A stretch of 64,000 nt of DNA from a virus. Lineage: Duplodnaviria; Caudoviricetes. Below, in pieces: positions 20,901 through 28,923 of this stretch. The position numbers and the translations under genes are program-made. The stretch spans positions 32,001 to 96,000 of the IMG/VR virus record IMGVR_UViG_3300030330_004701; one strand, 5' to 3'. Position 1 is the first letter of the stretch; the number at the start of each line of letters is the position of its first letter. The notes under the pieces are model-generated. The model was not told the origin of the DNA, made no database searches, and saw only the letters and a program-made list of their open reading frames with translations.

Positions 20901-21212
20901 GTTGGCGGGTCTGGAGTTTCTAGCTCAATTGGGGCATCCAAAGAAAATACAAATGTCAACTTGGTTATCGCTGCCACTGCTCCAAATTCAGGTGTAACAA
21001 CTTTGGTCATGCATAGAAAAGGCATTAGCGGAGGTGAAGAATTGGCTGCGGATGCTAACCTAATTGTGTATAATCTTACAGAGAGTGCCAATGTTGATCT
21101 TGCCGTCTCAGGAGCTAATATTGCTCTGGCAGATATGAACATAGCAATATCTGGAGTTGTAGGAGCACCCACAGGAATTACACCTACATATATTAGAGGT
21201 TATCAAGACTAA
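11916..21212 (+). CDS. Giant virion protein, putative tail fibre/adhesin with FG-GAP-like beta-propeller blades and Ser-Gly repeat shafts
   Basis: 3098 aa. GFGQAVAF, GFGSRFKIHGDYAVVSAP, EGAVYVY, LFGYSVDV and GFGNKINI blade motifs; two blocks of SGxxPL/DL repeats. Confidence 0.6.
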   Translation: MVRKNGSKNLFIKQGDNSNLDLFMQSPEFIKDFTNWETKNSSLEVTRSRAFEKTPFDNNAEEMTPYTNIEIGNNVALCADENYSTSRFGNPIFPSNRSNPNQKGYYLKTTIMGFPDNDHYTNDVKLSKVEESAIVIKIDTIAGASELHFDTCRTPQNKRKLAYCIPRLYDSAGSVLFDGVSNPAVGIIGNQALNRFQDVWAQNLDIGEVARRYTGIGGDTTITVLPYSQPRYNKNAKFNYYSCAEDQVLHGIGGISAPNNEVASAAEGLIYKDDDDGFVYFLDLNRLGPDINIVNKDLAYFAIPGTSSNESRPLSPEARSHIGKDGIEVAAFEFQREGSYEIKGLGLIKDPEYKVQFFECEPNFVLFDVTRAEGCGRVDIFKRRSGTLTVNASTNKVSFRSNSGVVLSSTPQVGDVIKIVSGLNESTGSSNINPVNGVFYLGADFKLYANADFSEEVNLRDIRGTAKWTLMDSANSEDPTSRWQYHKSIIGSNTPSQHEVTTAASFDSSLDVQTVQSFNQIKNKMGLGTGNDELTIRDKNFNLGKAIAIRKSDDAIAISQPANHFNSLSEAQLGLNLYGNTTAGLYYFLDMPLFFIEKDHKLNNRSYDRGFKSGNQNTIQRRRDTDTNAYGFTGNVREPSAVEAKLYFDGYNENTQTFSNFDFKPISITNQFTDLCEEDKKVSDTAPDDPTGVTYGEDGDFSTPMSEPVVSTDGDNVDFYNYGDPNAGTSGGDIYGSEGSEMFSDPDGAFSGFAPLVEAVPPNNDHTTNARSVFKFELNNMNYGCVFFGYVDDDLVSIDASSGNTLIAPPSPVGVGGAPANDFLSSQEATPIDQLHWRKAWALGKRQLDTVTFGSDDSSYYTVDIDGDNIAETNDVSKSPIYFEITAGRNGKYNYNAYDMRKFRNDTVDSNLWFQHPECIGGYRAPYTAYWGKFDKCTDGFGQAVAFGDNGEIFIADSTSHYSGPCSVLGDMLMYEYSYSEPRRDTQPQYPYYNDGDDLAEGERISTRKQPNKPLQDFADSHSRSMKDVLATEEYNYRSVYSVHIKIIRDQDELLSGDLNNKYATAQTALFCSSQTLPYSAGDLTRKNYLVNTSLKAINGGGAGYALKGTRVPDTEQLEYVYLSRRYGLPPDFPFYRLSPYSPNVIVHYDSGKLYVSNVSGFVDENESTASRSEFRVDGLGQFRNYTHGIKVFDFSEGKTDYWLAGCAVSTELFINNSGTDFTDSNENAVLYDAEAGAGTSDSTFNTALIQDPRLMIWPGADVANLSVGHLCHTALAGRDFSGLTGKTDVFFSTLFSSNINMRLFSGKFKVSPFTMSFANGEFWPVPAAGLPSSISYANGLNTWTYIMIVKPNQPIGPSDVGNLVVPVSDDEVEVSGFSRLRKNKYLIGKRKGLFSSNPEKNFRYCNVSSPYYITDPWCTEEEQQAQTLLDKVVPNQVPVGQNRDFRVDRGTLVFLQENTTDEFGLIIPESRQLVIYDVSTNNPKLIQKTTATLPSDIGRGVRANISLDDSTTSTDVIADFISVDICNGKIFTSIMNSFRNNTLTSSANLDYGHFTDNGWPEAGGFGNLTNPAFAIFTDTGRSRLPRSETLTEFSEPAFPFLTFAENFSDVNPYNLNNIYEYIRNEGTFINSQIFDINNSHRNPLAFYSMRNFSKDGQAMVVPIGITVTVDVDTNFTSPNENVVLPKVAFYDSDPRLNIRQIGEVSDGKLLFGEDTQIPSRHSSLYTHGAQNARNMSVLTPTYRFTGGRYKGTIDIDFNQDNSISLFEYKELSAEDNRTFRFNDGNGNCFLNELDAYGRRKPASYTFEFDDANKESFNRGFLRGNNCIGLGLLSWETNGDDDDAYRKKSTSQQNRYSPYTKYKVNDEEPHSFVNTAKISVVVKYKEYDTGLIRRFSCAGDVHIFNDPNVNYDGSPFPLPVDLLVSDITPYLQGDPESSSKLSNRVRVPNVPYTIRTSKSDAQPYLNQSSAVLAGTETHSIQVVAPQLAFDNPNPDFLSLAIRNIPTENNNADLSTTGHINSSGNMDLRISGIVTEQGAMTIHLGEVLKNAAMDINMPNVIGFECDGVALSLLPPTGTQVEKTTSLVFPGGTGVSDGLSLSVNPTYTSGAFDFYVQGGLASGNMDIAMSGVHGIINTMPCVEGDLFLQGMTGPSSGIMPLHINRFSHSGDMTLVIDSANSSGIMPLAIGAEPMSASGVLFTEGYEDVNRATTLYIGRQFEEKQADLSISGPIPFEGDPITLHASGAAVNSVDTNDFNFDYMCHLTRTEDRFDFSQNSELVIPETKSNSISRNTHLPGSSARYGYYSPLSPGKRLNNFTQSSAKIFYDQELSREAIASNRDLLVVGSNPSALSSETQSLQIFEYIDEDSLQLKFTYDHFFRDLVRLSGISGGDGQISIRHKSIDVSDDNRIAVSVRISNKSGLRDAVCVLQPGKFVLKRIGQPTYDLCAIEPSYSTPVSIEEVDGWVMTQAIVGDTIDDSSDLVKCNNYIGNTVQWKDKDLYYDKQSKNYGSVYYIQYSDNYATENLAFSFGSTDDGQVYYSNRYNIPEGTKVGFGSRFKIHGDYAVVSAPLLDSFIANNDLSVMHAPSPEGAVYVYRFDSGWNFVDAIYSGGYTSSDISGISDCTYNHALFGYSVDVNKDSGFVAVSEPVTNKIYKYVIHANDTVSLVRDYTDSTSAGFGNKINICANSILTSNAEAIKEPVFGHDFQFTPEESVAETNQYNPFTSVTKSVSSTFTFVLDIEPKGAKRLLVGRSFNVNFAAEPTINIEKLSILNRGNYGNLFIQGPITSNSNKDIIYYRPLDVETNTMGLQFASIGVNSGIPLHVHVPDPASGVIPLHLRQAERADTTLFISHVFTPASGVTSLSTLGPLTSASSGDLFSHGAAAENNNIETFILGGRTGDGGMAQAAFNMRVAQADPIASSGDFDLSLHGVVNTASGHFAANTAFVEGGLYAPAEGIIDFLHIQTDLKASVTGVADLAIAVDPAAGPSDGTFPVSVGGSGVSSSIGASKENTNVNLVIAATAPNSGVTTLVMHRKGISGGEELAADANLIVYNLTESANVDLAVSGANIALADMNIAISGVVGAPTGITPTYIRGYQD

Positions 21213-21223
21213 GGAGTTTATAA

Positions 21224-22699
21224 ATGGCAGTAACATTTAATCCCATTGGAGGATCGCAGATTACTATAGGAGGAACCAGCGCAACTGGTCCGTTTCCTAA
21301 GTATTCTATAAATACTGAGAGAGTCGAGACCGGCGACGGAACTTTAATTGACTTAATATATAATATTAGTGTCACTGGGCAGATCATCGCAGAAGGCGAC
21401 ATAACAACTCCCGGCGCTCGCCAAGATAATCTGATGAGCAAGATGATTTCCAGATTAGCCCTTATGGAAAATGAAGTTCCTGTTGGTAGGCTTGAAATAG
21501 TATCTTACGGAGGTCTATCTAATGACTTGACATTTAATGATGCTGTTCTTACTGGGATTGAATATGGAGACCAAGATGATTCTGGTTCCGTACAGTTCCA
21601 AGACTACACATTCACTTTTACTGCCCATAAAAGAGATAACCAGAAAATAGGTAATACCTATTCGCTTGCTAGTGCGGAAGAAACTTGGGAGGTAGCCGAA
21701 AATACCGAGAGAACTTTTGCTGGCAGTACGCTGTCGGGCACTCCTCTAAAGACTTTTACAATCACACATACAGTAAATGCTACAGGGTATATTAAGTCAA
21801 CTGACACTAATTATCAAAAATCTGCATGGTCAGAGGCAAAAGATTGGGTTTTAAGTAGACTTGTTGATAGCCCTGATGCGACTATTGGCCTTGATATGGC
21901 AGACAAGTCTAGATTCACTGACTTTATTCCCGTGTATATGGGAGCTAGTTCGGCTGATTTTATTGATCTTGGTACAGAGGAATATTATAACCACAATCGT
22001 GTGGCTAATTCCGACTTGGCTGGCGGATCTTACTCTGTAACTGAGACTTGGTTTGTTTCTAAAGAATCAGTCACACATGATGTGGAGATAAACTACGACC
22101 TAAATGAAGAACAGGTCGCCTCTGTTGTAGTAAATGGCACAATAGCAGGATTGAGCACTTCTAGTTTTGACAGCAAACAAGAAAACAAAGTAAGTCAAGC
22201 AGAAGCTGTTCTGGATACAGTTTTAGGTCAAGCCTACACTCTTGCTAGTGCTTTTTACGATACAGTTAAAGAGACGGGAGCTAATGGTTTAACTAATAAT
22301 GTATTATCAAAAAGTGTTGCAAAAAGTCCCGTAGCTGGTACTATTACTTATACGGTTAACTTTAGCGACAAAGAAAAAGATAATGATGACACTATTACTG
22401 AAACTTTGACAGTAACAGACGATAATGAAGATAGATCTGTTCAGACTGTTGCGATTATAGCAATTATAGGTAAAGCAGATGGGCCAATATTTCAAGACAT
22501 GGGAACCACGCCAGAAAGAAAAAGAAGTGTTTCTGTTGACTGGACAATGAAAAAAGATAAGAGAGATGAAAAGCCTAGTGCGGCAGCTCTAACGGCAGCT
22601 AATGCCTATAAGCCCACAGGAGCATATCAGCTCTCAAAAACTGAATCTTGGACAAAGGCAACTGGAGCTTATACCCTGAATATAGAATGGTCTTACTAA
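21224..22699 (+). CDS. Putative tail tip/distal tail structural protein
   Basis: AAGGAG RBS; Thr/Ser-rich beta protein with repeated Y(S/T)xTETW-like strands; in the tail module. Confidence 0.5.
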   Translation: MAVTFNPIGGSQITIGGTSATGPFPKYSINTERVETGDGTLIDLIYNISVTGQIIAEGDITTPGARQDNLMSKMISRLALMENEVPVGRLEIVSYGGLSNDLTFNDAVLTGIEYGDQDDSGSVQFQDYTFTFTAHKRDNQKIGNTYSLASAEETWEVAENTERTFAGSTLSGTPLKTFTITHTVNATGYIKSTDTNYQKSAWSEAKDWVLSRLVDSPDATIGLDMADKSRFTDFIPVYMGASSADFIDLGTEEYYNHNRVANSDLAGGSYSVTETWFVSKESVTHDVEINYDLNEEQVASVVVNGTIAGLSTSSFDSKQENKVSQAEAVLDTVLGQAYTLASAFYDTVKETGANGLTNNVLSKSVAKSPVAGTITYTVNFSDKEKDNDDTITETLTVTDDNEDRSVQTVAIIAIIGKADGPIFQDMGTTPERKRSVSVDWTMKKDKRDEKPSAAALTAANAYKPTGAYQLSKTESWTKATGAYTLNIEWSY

Positions 22700-22700
22700 T

Positions 22701-25700
22701 ATGACAGCAATACTCACAGAACCCTTAGAAATGTTCAACGCTTATGTCGTTGACTTTACATGTAGTGTTGGTTATGGAGCAGAGTCTAGTACTATGCAGA
22801 TGACTCTTGCTGAAGATCTAAATCATGTAGACTCTAATGGCAATCCCTCCCCTAAGACGATACAGCATAAAAAACCTAGACTTGATCAGGACGGCAAGCT
22901 TATTCCTGACGGAAACGGAAGTGTTGAGTTTGATATTGTAGACGGCTTTCCAGAAGTTGGGACATGTTGCCAGTTTAAATTTAAGGAATTTGAGTTTGTT
23001 GGTATACTGCAAAGATATAATTATAATCAAAGCTTGAGTGGAAATCTTTATGATGTTACTTTTGAATCGCCGTCAAAAGCTTTAGATGGTGTTCAGGTTA
23101 TTCTTGATAAGTTTGAAGGTACTGTATTTACTGAATCCACCAGATACTTTCCATCAGAAGGAGAAAACTTTACAAGCCAGATAAGAAATGTCTACAACCC
23201 ATTTGGCATTAAAGAGAACTATGCTTTTAATGGCATATTTGGCGGCTCAGGCAGGAATGAGTTTGGCTTTGATGCAAAAGAATTACTTGGTCTTATAGAG
23301 CGCATTTCCAGATCTGAGTTCACATTTACGAATCCGTCTGGAAATCCAGATCCTGATGCATACATAAATGATGATGATGATGAAGTTTTAGGTGGCCCAA
23401 TACACTTTGGTGAGTCACAATTTGTAGTTGATTTTGACATCCTTGCCTCGTTGCTGCCTGATTTCTTAAGAATCAAAGGCGACTTTATGAGCATAAACGC
23501 TATCGTGCAAGAATGTACAGACATGATTCTTCACGATTATGTAACATATATCAAACCGACAGTAACGCAAGTTCTCACGGGTTATGGTCCCGGAATTAAT
23601 CCTCAGCCAATATTTGCGCAAGAGGTGCAAAATGGTGTGACACTTCCAACTTTAGACAGCGATGATAATGTCACTGGCCCAGTTATATCATTTAAATATT
23701 TAGATAAGAAGCCGCAACCCCAACCAAATGTTGTAGAAACTTTGGTAAACCAGAAAAAGGGCACCACACTTATCTCTGCTACTAATGGTAAAGAACTTGC
23801 CGATGCAGTTACGCAGAAATTAATTATTGGGGGCGATGCAACAAGAGTATGGCACGCTGGTATGCAATATATGATACCTGTTTATGGTAAAGACCACAGT
23901 GGCGCATGGCTCACTGGCAATGGCTTTGACGATCAGGCAAGCGTTCCTGTTTGTCTAGATAATGGTGCTATATATACTAGCAAAGTTATAGAACTAAGAG
24001 CTGCATTATCTGGATTCAAAACTTGGTGTTGGTATCATGTTGTTGGTAAGGCATATGGATATACAAATATAAATAATCCAATATTTTCTCAGTTTGCCAG
24101 AATGAGCACTTCTATTTTTAGTTCCATGAGCAATAATGCCCTTAGCCCTTTTGGTATTGCCGCAGGGTTTGATGGCTCTGTTGCGCAAGCTACCGCACAA
24201 CAAGATGCTTTAGATGGCATACAAGGAAGATCTGATGGATCTCAGATATTTGATGCTGTTTTGAATACAGCCCAAAATTATTATGGAAAAACATACTTTG
24301 TTCTTTTACCAGTTGAGCCCGGTGGTCTAGATAACAACATTAGGTTTACTCAACAAAAATCGGAATCGGCTTGGAAAATGTCAGATTCTGGATGGGACCC
24401 TACATTCACAATCAAAGACATTGACGCTTATGATGATGAAGGTAGACTAAAAGCTTGCGCTGGTTATTTTCCAAGTTACTCTGCTGGTAGTAAAAAGTTT
24501 GATAGAGACTTTAGTGAAATAGAAAATCCTCTTCCATATGTTATGCCTGCAGCTAACTTAGTAGGAGCGACAGATATAACAGTAGACAAGAAAATATACT
24601 GGAGACAAAATCCATACTATCAGTCAAATAATAATCCTTATGATGATATTTCTGCAATGGTTCACGTAACTGTCCCAAGAGTTTTTGAGTATGTAATTGA
24701 CCAAAGCATGTCAACGGCAGTTTCTGGGCCTAGAGCTGGAGTAGATGGAGTATTCAATGCTATTGCTGGAGGAACAAGCAATCCTCAGCTTGCACAGTTG
24801 GCAGGGTCTAGTCAGTGGTCGAGCTATAGCCAAGGATTCTCAAACTATGCAACTTTAGAAAATGGCGTCCTTGCACTTAAATTTATGCCTAGAGCTGTTA
24901 GGCCTTTTGAAATATCTTTACCTCAATCGAGTACTCGATATACTTGGGGGCCTTGGTATCGCTATAGTGCCCATAGAGGAAAGGCAGAAGTAGAACAATC
25001 TGACCAGTTAAGACCTGAAGTCTTTGGTAGTGCAAGAGTCATGGATGATTCAGCGTTTGCTTTAGCCGGAGCCGCAGTTGCCGATATGTATCAGTCTGAA
25101 TCTGGGACTATAGAAGTTGCAGAATTTCCTCAGTATAACTTTGCAGAAAGATTCAATAGTAATGGACCTTACATTACTAAGATGTCTGTTAAGGTTGGAA
25201 CTTCAGGGATAACTACAAATTATGAGTTCTCGACTTGGACTAGGAAGTTTGGAAAAATAGCTAAGTACAATGTTGATAGAATTGCGGCTATTAATAAAAA
25301 CAGAATAGCTGCTATGAGATCAGCCAAACAAGAAGGGGAAGCACCAAAAAGAAAATCTCCACAGTCAGGAAGTTCTCAGGCTCAAAAACAACAGGCACAA
25401 AATCCCATCATGACTAACTTCATGTCTGGATTGAAAGTCCCTATGCAAATTGGTCAGGCACTTTTCACTGGACAAAGTGTTTGGGCGATGAGCAACAAAG
25501 ACGGCAGTGTTAGTGTTAATGATTTTTCTAGAAAGGTTAAGCTTGGTGGTCAAGTCTACAGTGCTTATGATGTGTCATTCGGTTGTACGCAAGAGCAATT
25601 ATTCTCTCCTGTTGGAGTACAACACCCAAACAATGTTAGACTCAAGCCTGATGTTAACTTACCTAACCCCAAAAGCGGCTTTTCTTATATTAGAAAGCCA

Positions 25701-26405
25701 ACCGCTCTTTCCGATACTGAAGATGGATTGTTTGATGCTGCTAATTCTAAACAGGTTTCTCCTACGTCTTTTGACTTAGATCCGTATTTTAGGTTTGAGA
25801 AGGTTGACTTTGGCGCTACTGTTACTAATGACTTCCAGTGGTTTGGGGGAAATCAAAACAACTTAGCATTTGAGAGAAGAAATAATGTTAGTAATACTGC
25901 TGATGAGTACAGAACCTACGGTGTAAAAGGGCCAATGTTAATGTCTGGATGGGGATATGACGTTAATGGAAATCCCGTTCCCGGCAAGCAAAATAAGCAG
26001 TTTGATCCTGCGATGCCATCTCAAGACAGATCGTCTTGGAAGTCTGGTCCAGTTGACTTAAAATGGGATGAGGAGCGTCAAGTTTGGGCTGGAGGATTGC
26101 AGTTCGTTGAGGGTGTTCTTACTAAATCAATAACTAGACCATTGACTCCGTTTAAGCCAACAACTTCTGGTAAAATGAAACTGCGTAGACGTTTCTTCAA
26201 TGGTAATGAATATAAATGGGAAACCTCAGACGAAGAAATAACCATAACAAATAGAGACCCCTCTCTTAAAGTTACTATTGAGGCCAATGGTAAAACCTCT
26301 GAAGGTTACGAAGTTTATTGCATGTGTGTCAGAATTAACTATGAGTGGCGCGTAGTTTATGTCAGTTGTGATGATTTTGCTACTGGGGAAGGAGAAGAAG
26401 AATAA
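22701..26405 (+). CDS. Putative tail tip/hub protein
   Basis: 1234 aa; YITKMSVKVGTSGITTNYEF hub-like motif; position after the TMP. Confidence 0.5.
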   Translation: MTAILTEPLEMFNAYVVDFTCSVGYGAESSTMQMTLAEDLNHVDSNGNPSPKTIQHKKPRLDQDGKLIPDGNGSVEFDIVDGFPEVGTCCQFKFKEFEFVGILQRYNYNQSLSGNLYDVTFESPSKALDGVQVILDKFEGTVFTESTRYFPSEGENFTSQIRNVYNPFGIKENYAFNGIFGGSGRNEFGFDAKELLGLIERISRSEFTFTNPSGNPDPDAYINDDDDEVLGGPIHFGESQFVVDFDILASLLPDFLRIKGDFMSINAIVQECTDMILHDYVTYIKPTVTQVLTGYGPGINPQPIFAQEVQNGVTLPTLDSDDNVTGPVISFKYLDKKPQPQPNVVETLVNQKKGTTLISATNGKELADAVTQKLIIGGDATRVWHAGMQYMIPVYGKDHSGAWLTGNGFDDQASVPVCLDNGAIYTSKVIELRAALSGFKTWCWYHVVGKAYGYTNINNPIFSQFARMSTSIFSSMSNNALSPFGIAAGFDGSVAQATAQQDALDGIQGRSDGSQIFDAVLNTAQNYYGKTYFVLLPVEPGGLDNNIRFTQQKSESAWKMSDSGWDPTFTIKDIDAYDDEGRLKACAGYFPSYSAGSKKFDRDFSEIENPLPYVMPAANLVGATDITVDKKIYWRQNPYYQSNNNPYDDISAMVHVTVPRVFEYVIDQSMSTAVSGPRAGVDGVFNAIAGGTSNPQLAQLAGSSQWSSYSQGFSNYATLENGVLALKFMPRAVRPFEISLPQSSTRYTWGPWYRYSAHRGKAEVEQSDQLRPEVFGSARVMDDSAFALAGAAVADMYQSESGTIEVAEFPQYNFAERFNSNGPYITKMSVKVGTSGITTNYEFSTWTRKFGKIAKYNVDRIAAINKNRIAAMRSAKQEGEAPKRKSPQSGSSQAQKQQAQNPIMTNFMSGLKVPMQIGQALFTGQSVWAMSNKDGSVSVNDFSRKVKLGGQVYSAYDVSFGCTQEQLFSPVGVQHPNNVRLKPDVNLPNPKSGFSYIRKPTALSDTEDGLFDAANSKQVSPTSFDLDPYFRFEKVDFGATVTNDFQWFGGNQNNLAFERRNNVSNTADEYRTYGVKGPMLMSGWGYDVNGNPVPGKQNKQFDPAMPSQDRSSWKSGPVDLKWDEERQVWAGGLQFVEGVLTKSITRPLTPFKPTTSGKMKLRRRFFNGNEYKWETSDEEITITNRDPSLKVTIEANGKTSEGYEVYCMCVRINYEWRVVYVSCDDFATGEGEEE

Positions 26406-28441
26406 TGGGAAGACCCGGATGCGCACAATGTTGTGGGCAAACTGACCCCGGCCAGATTTCTTTTAGGTGTGCATGTCTACACACTAAGAGCGGCTTCCCT
26501 CAAGGTTCTGGAAATTTAGATGACTATTGGAATATACCTTTAAGATTTGGGGACCAAGGGTCCATTGAAGAATTCCCAAATCCTTATTTCGCGAATAACT
26601 TCGGCGCATACGGTTTTGATCCAGAAATTCATCCAGCTAATGAAGATAAGTTTGAATATATACTAGTTATCCACAATTGGAACGGTCAGGAAAATGACCA
26701 ATTCAAAATGTGTTTTAATGGAGAAGACTTTGGCGTTGTAAATGCAGTCACAATTGATGACTATTGGACTCACGTATATGGCACTAGTGATGAAATTATA
26801 GACCATTTTTTGTACGGCAGCGATAAGGGTGGAGGATTAAATGTTGGGGGAGTGAATATGAATCTCACTCCACCTAGAGTTCCATTTGATGATGCACAAC
26901 CAAAAACGTTTTTTAATAGAACAATTTATAAAACAGTTGTTGACAAAGCCCCATTTTTAATGGATGCGAATGTTTATGGACAGTTATATTCAGGTGCTTT
27001 TGGTGTTCTAGACGAGGGATCTTTTGCCTTCAAATTTGAGAAAGTGTATGACGAAGGAAAAGATGTAGTTGTTAATGCAACCGTTTTGAGGTTTGATTTG
27101 CACACAAATCCGGGCCCTGAAAATTTTTCTATAAATGGAAATTTCAGATCTAAAGTTGACCCAGATGACGATAGAACTAAAGATGAATATGACTTTAAGA
27201 CATTCACTTTTGCGCCCGAACAGGAGTTTTATTTAGCCTGCCCTCTGGGTGGAGATATCATTCAGTTCTGTGATACTCAACACTGTAGACGGCTTGGCCA
27301 GCAAGACCCATGTTGTCCCGTTGTAGTAGAAGAGAGGAATTCAAGTGGCCAGCTAACCAACACTGTACCAAATGAAGATTGCGAAAGTATTCCCGAGCTT
27401 TCTCTTGGTTCTGCATGCACATGTAATGAGAGTAGTACGGGTGGCACATGCGTTCAGCAGCTCAAGTTTACCCTAGAGGGTGACGGGGTTGACGTTAATT
27501 TTGGCGGACCCCCTCTGAACCAAGATATTTTTTATACTTATCCGTCAGATGTGGCACAGAATCATCCTGACCCTATAATCAGAGACCTCTGGAATAGACT
27601 TCCAGATGATTTGCCGCTAATAAACACTATCTTCGGTCAAGGTGTCCGACGTGCTGGTGCCGCTAATGCCGGAGGTGGTGGCGGCATGGGAGGCATGGGA
27701 GGTTTTGGTGGCGGCGGCGGCCCCGGTATACCTAGTGTTTTTATTGCAGAATTTCCTCAGTATTATTTCAGAACCACCCCCCAAACAAGAGCAAATAACA
27801 CCTTCCCAGACTGTGAGATACTTACTGAGCAGGACTTTGCAGCTGGAGCGTCAATTTACGACAATCCATGCTCTTGCTGCGAGCCCGTAGATTGGACTCC
27901 AATACTCTTCGATATGAATGGTAAAACAAAAATGGTAAACCCTACACGAACATTTGATCCTCCTGTAGGAACGTGCACAATACCCAATAATCCCCTCGTC
28001 GGGAGCGATGGGACTGGGCTGGAATTGAGATATACTTTTCAGGGGATAGATTTTTTTGTAGAGGTTACTTTTTACAGTGGAACTGTTCCAGAGGGAAGTA
28101 TTGGTGGGCTCGGGACCGTGCCCTTAATTCAGGAAAACGACACTATATGTTTCGGAACGGTGCGAACTCTGACATCTTTCATAGAAAATCAGGCTTGCGG
28201 GATCTGTAGAATTGAACAATATCCCAAAAGGCAATTTTTCGGTTCAGCGTTTAGTAATCTTGCATGTAGCCCAGATCCCTTTCTAGGTTTTCAAGAGACA
28301 CCTTGCCCAAACTGCGGCGACATTTATGGTTTTGATGGTGTGCCTGAAGGCAATTTTGTTTATTTTGACAACAAGAATAAGCAATGCATAGAATATGTTT
28401 ATGATGCTCAAACTGGAACTTACACAGTACGTATTTTATAG
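26405..28441 (+). CDS. Cys-rich putative tail-tip/receptor-binding protein
   Basis: 678 aa with 27 Cys counted; starts MGRPGCAQCCG; poly-Gly linker; TAATG coupling to the upstream gene. Confidence 0.45.
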   Translation: MGRPGCAQCCGQTDPGQISFRCACLHTKSGFPQGSGNLDDYWNIPLRFGDQGSIEEFPNPYFANNFGAYGFDPEIHPANEDKFEYILVIHNWNGQENDQFKMCFNGEDFGVVNAVTIDDYWTHVYGTSDEIIDHFLYGSDKGGGLNVGGVNMNLTPPRVPFDDAQPKTFFNRTIYKTVVDKAPFLMDANVYGQLYSGAFGVLDEGSFAFKFEKVYDEGKDVVVNATVLRFDLHTNPGPENFSINGNFRSKVDPDDDRTKDEYDFKTFTFAPEQEFYLACPLGGDIIQFCDTQHCRRLGQQDPCCPVVVEERNSSGQLTNTVPNEDCESIPELSLGSACTCNESSTGGTCVQQLKFTLEGDGVDVNFGGPPLNQDIFYTYPSDVAQNHPDPIIRDLWNRLPDDLPLINTIFGQGVRRAGAANAGGGGGMGGMGGFGGGGGPGIPSVFIAEFPQYYFRTTPQTRANNTFPDCEILTEQDFAAGASIYDNPCSCCEPVDWTPILFDMNGKTKMVNPTRTFDPPVGTCTIPNNPLVGSDGTGLELRYTFQGIDFFVEVTFYSGTVPEGSIGGLGTVPLIQENDTICFGTVRTLTSFIENQACGICRIEQYPKRQFFGSAFSNLACSPDPFLGFQETPCPNCGDIYGFDGVPEGNFVYFDNKNKQCIEYVYDAQTGTYTVRIL

Positions 28442-28453
28442 AAGGACAACTCA

Positions 28454-28843
28454 ATGAAAAAATGTGAAGTTTGCGGGCTTGATTACCAATCTATTGCATG
28501 CCCTCGTTGTATGCTGGAAGAGTCTAAAAAACAGTATTTCAAAGAAAATCCTGAAAAGCAAGAAAAACCACAGTCAATGCCTAGCCTTTTGGCTCAAGCA
28601 AAAAACTTTGCTAAATCTGCAATAAGACATGTTTCAAATGGGATGCAAAATGCTCCTCAGCACGTGGTAGATTCTAGACTTGAGATATGCGGTTCTTGTC
28701 AACACTTGAATGAAGATAGATGTTCTAAATGTGGTTGTTTTGTGGCGATGAAGGCTTCTTGGGCTGCAGAGGAGTGCCCAATACAGAAATGGGGTCAATA
28801 TATAGCAACCAAAGGAAAATGTGGAGGATGCGGTAGAAAATAA
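28454..28843 (+). CDS. Small Cys-rich metal-binding protein (DUF6171-like)
   Basis: RLEICGSC...RCSKCGCFV..KASW...CPIQKW pattern; 12 Cys in 129 aa. Confidence 0.6.
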   Translation: MKKCEVCGLDYQSIACPRCMLEESKKQYFKENPEKQEKPQSMPSLLAQAKNFAKSAIRHVSNGMQNAPQHVVDSRLEICGSCQHLNEDRCSKCGCFVAMKASWAAEECPIQKWGQYIATKGKCGGCGRK

Positions 28844-28873
28844 CTTAAAATTATGTTTATAACTGGCATTTTT

Positions 28874-28888
28874 GTGTATTATAATACA
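28874..28888 (+). promoter_or_regulatory. Putative late promoter containing the perfect palindrome TGTATTATAATACA
   Basis: GTGTATTATAAT upstream of an AAGGAG RBS and the ATG at 28924; 14-bp palindrome at 28875-28888. Confidence 0.45.
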
Positions 28889-28923
28889 TAGGTGCTTTTA
28901 GATACAATAAAGGAGACTTTAAA

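Noticed and set aside
27660-27725. GC-rich GGY repeat tract as a mobile or contingency element
   Set aside because: It simply encodes a Gly/Met linker in frame, with varied codons.
3176-28454. Many antisense and alternative-frame ORFs in the track (e.g. 3176..3769, 7019..7441, 17813..18232, 20726..21172)
   Set aside because: They are shadows of long real genes, with no motifs or RBS; the same applies to + strand ORFs inside the 30-64 kb minus block.
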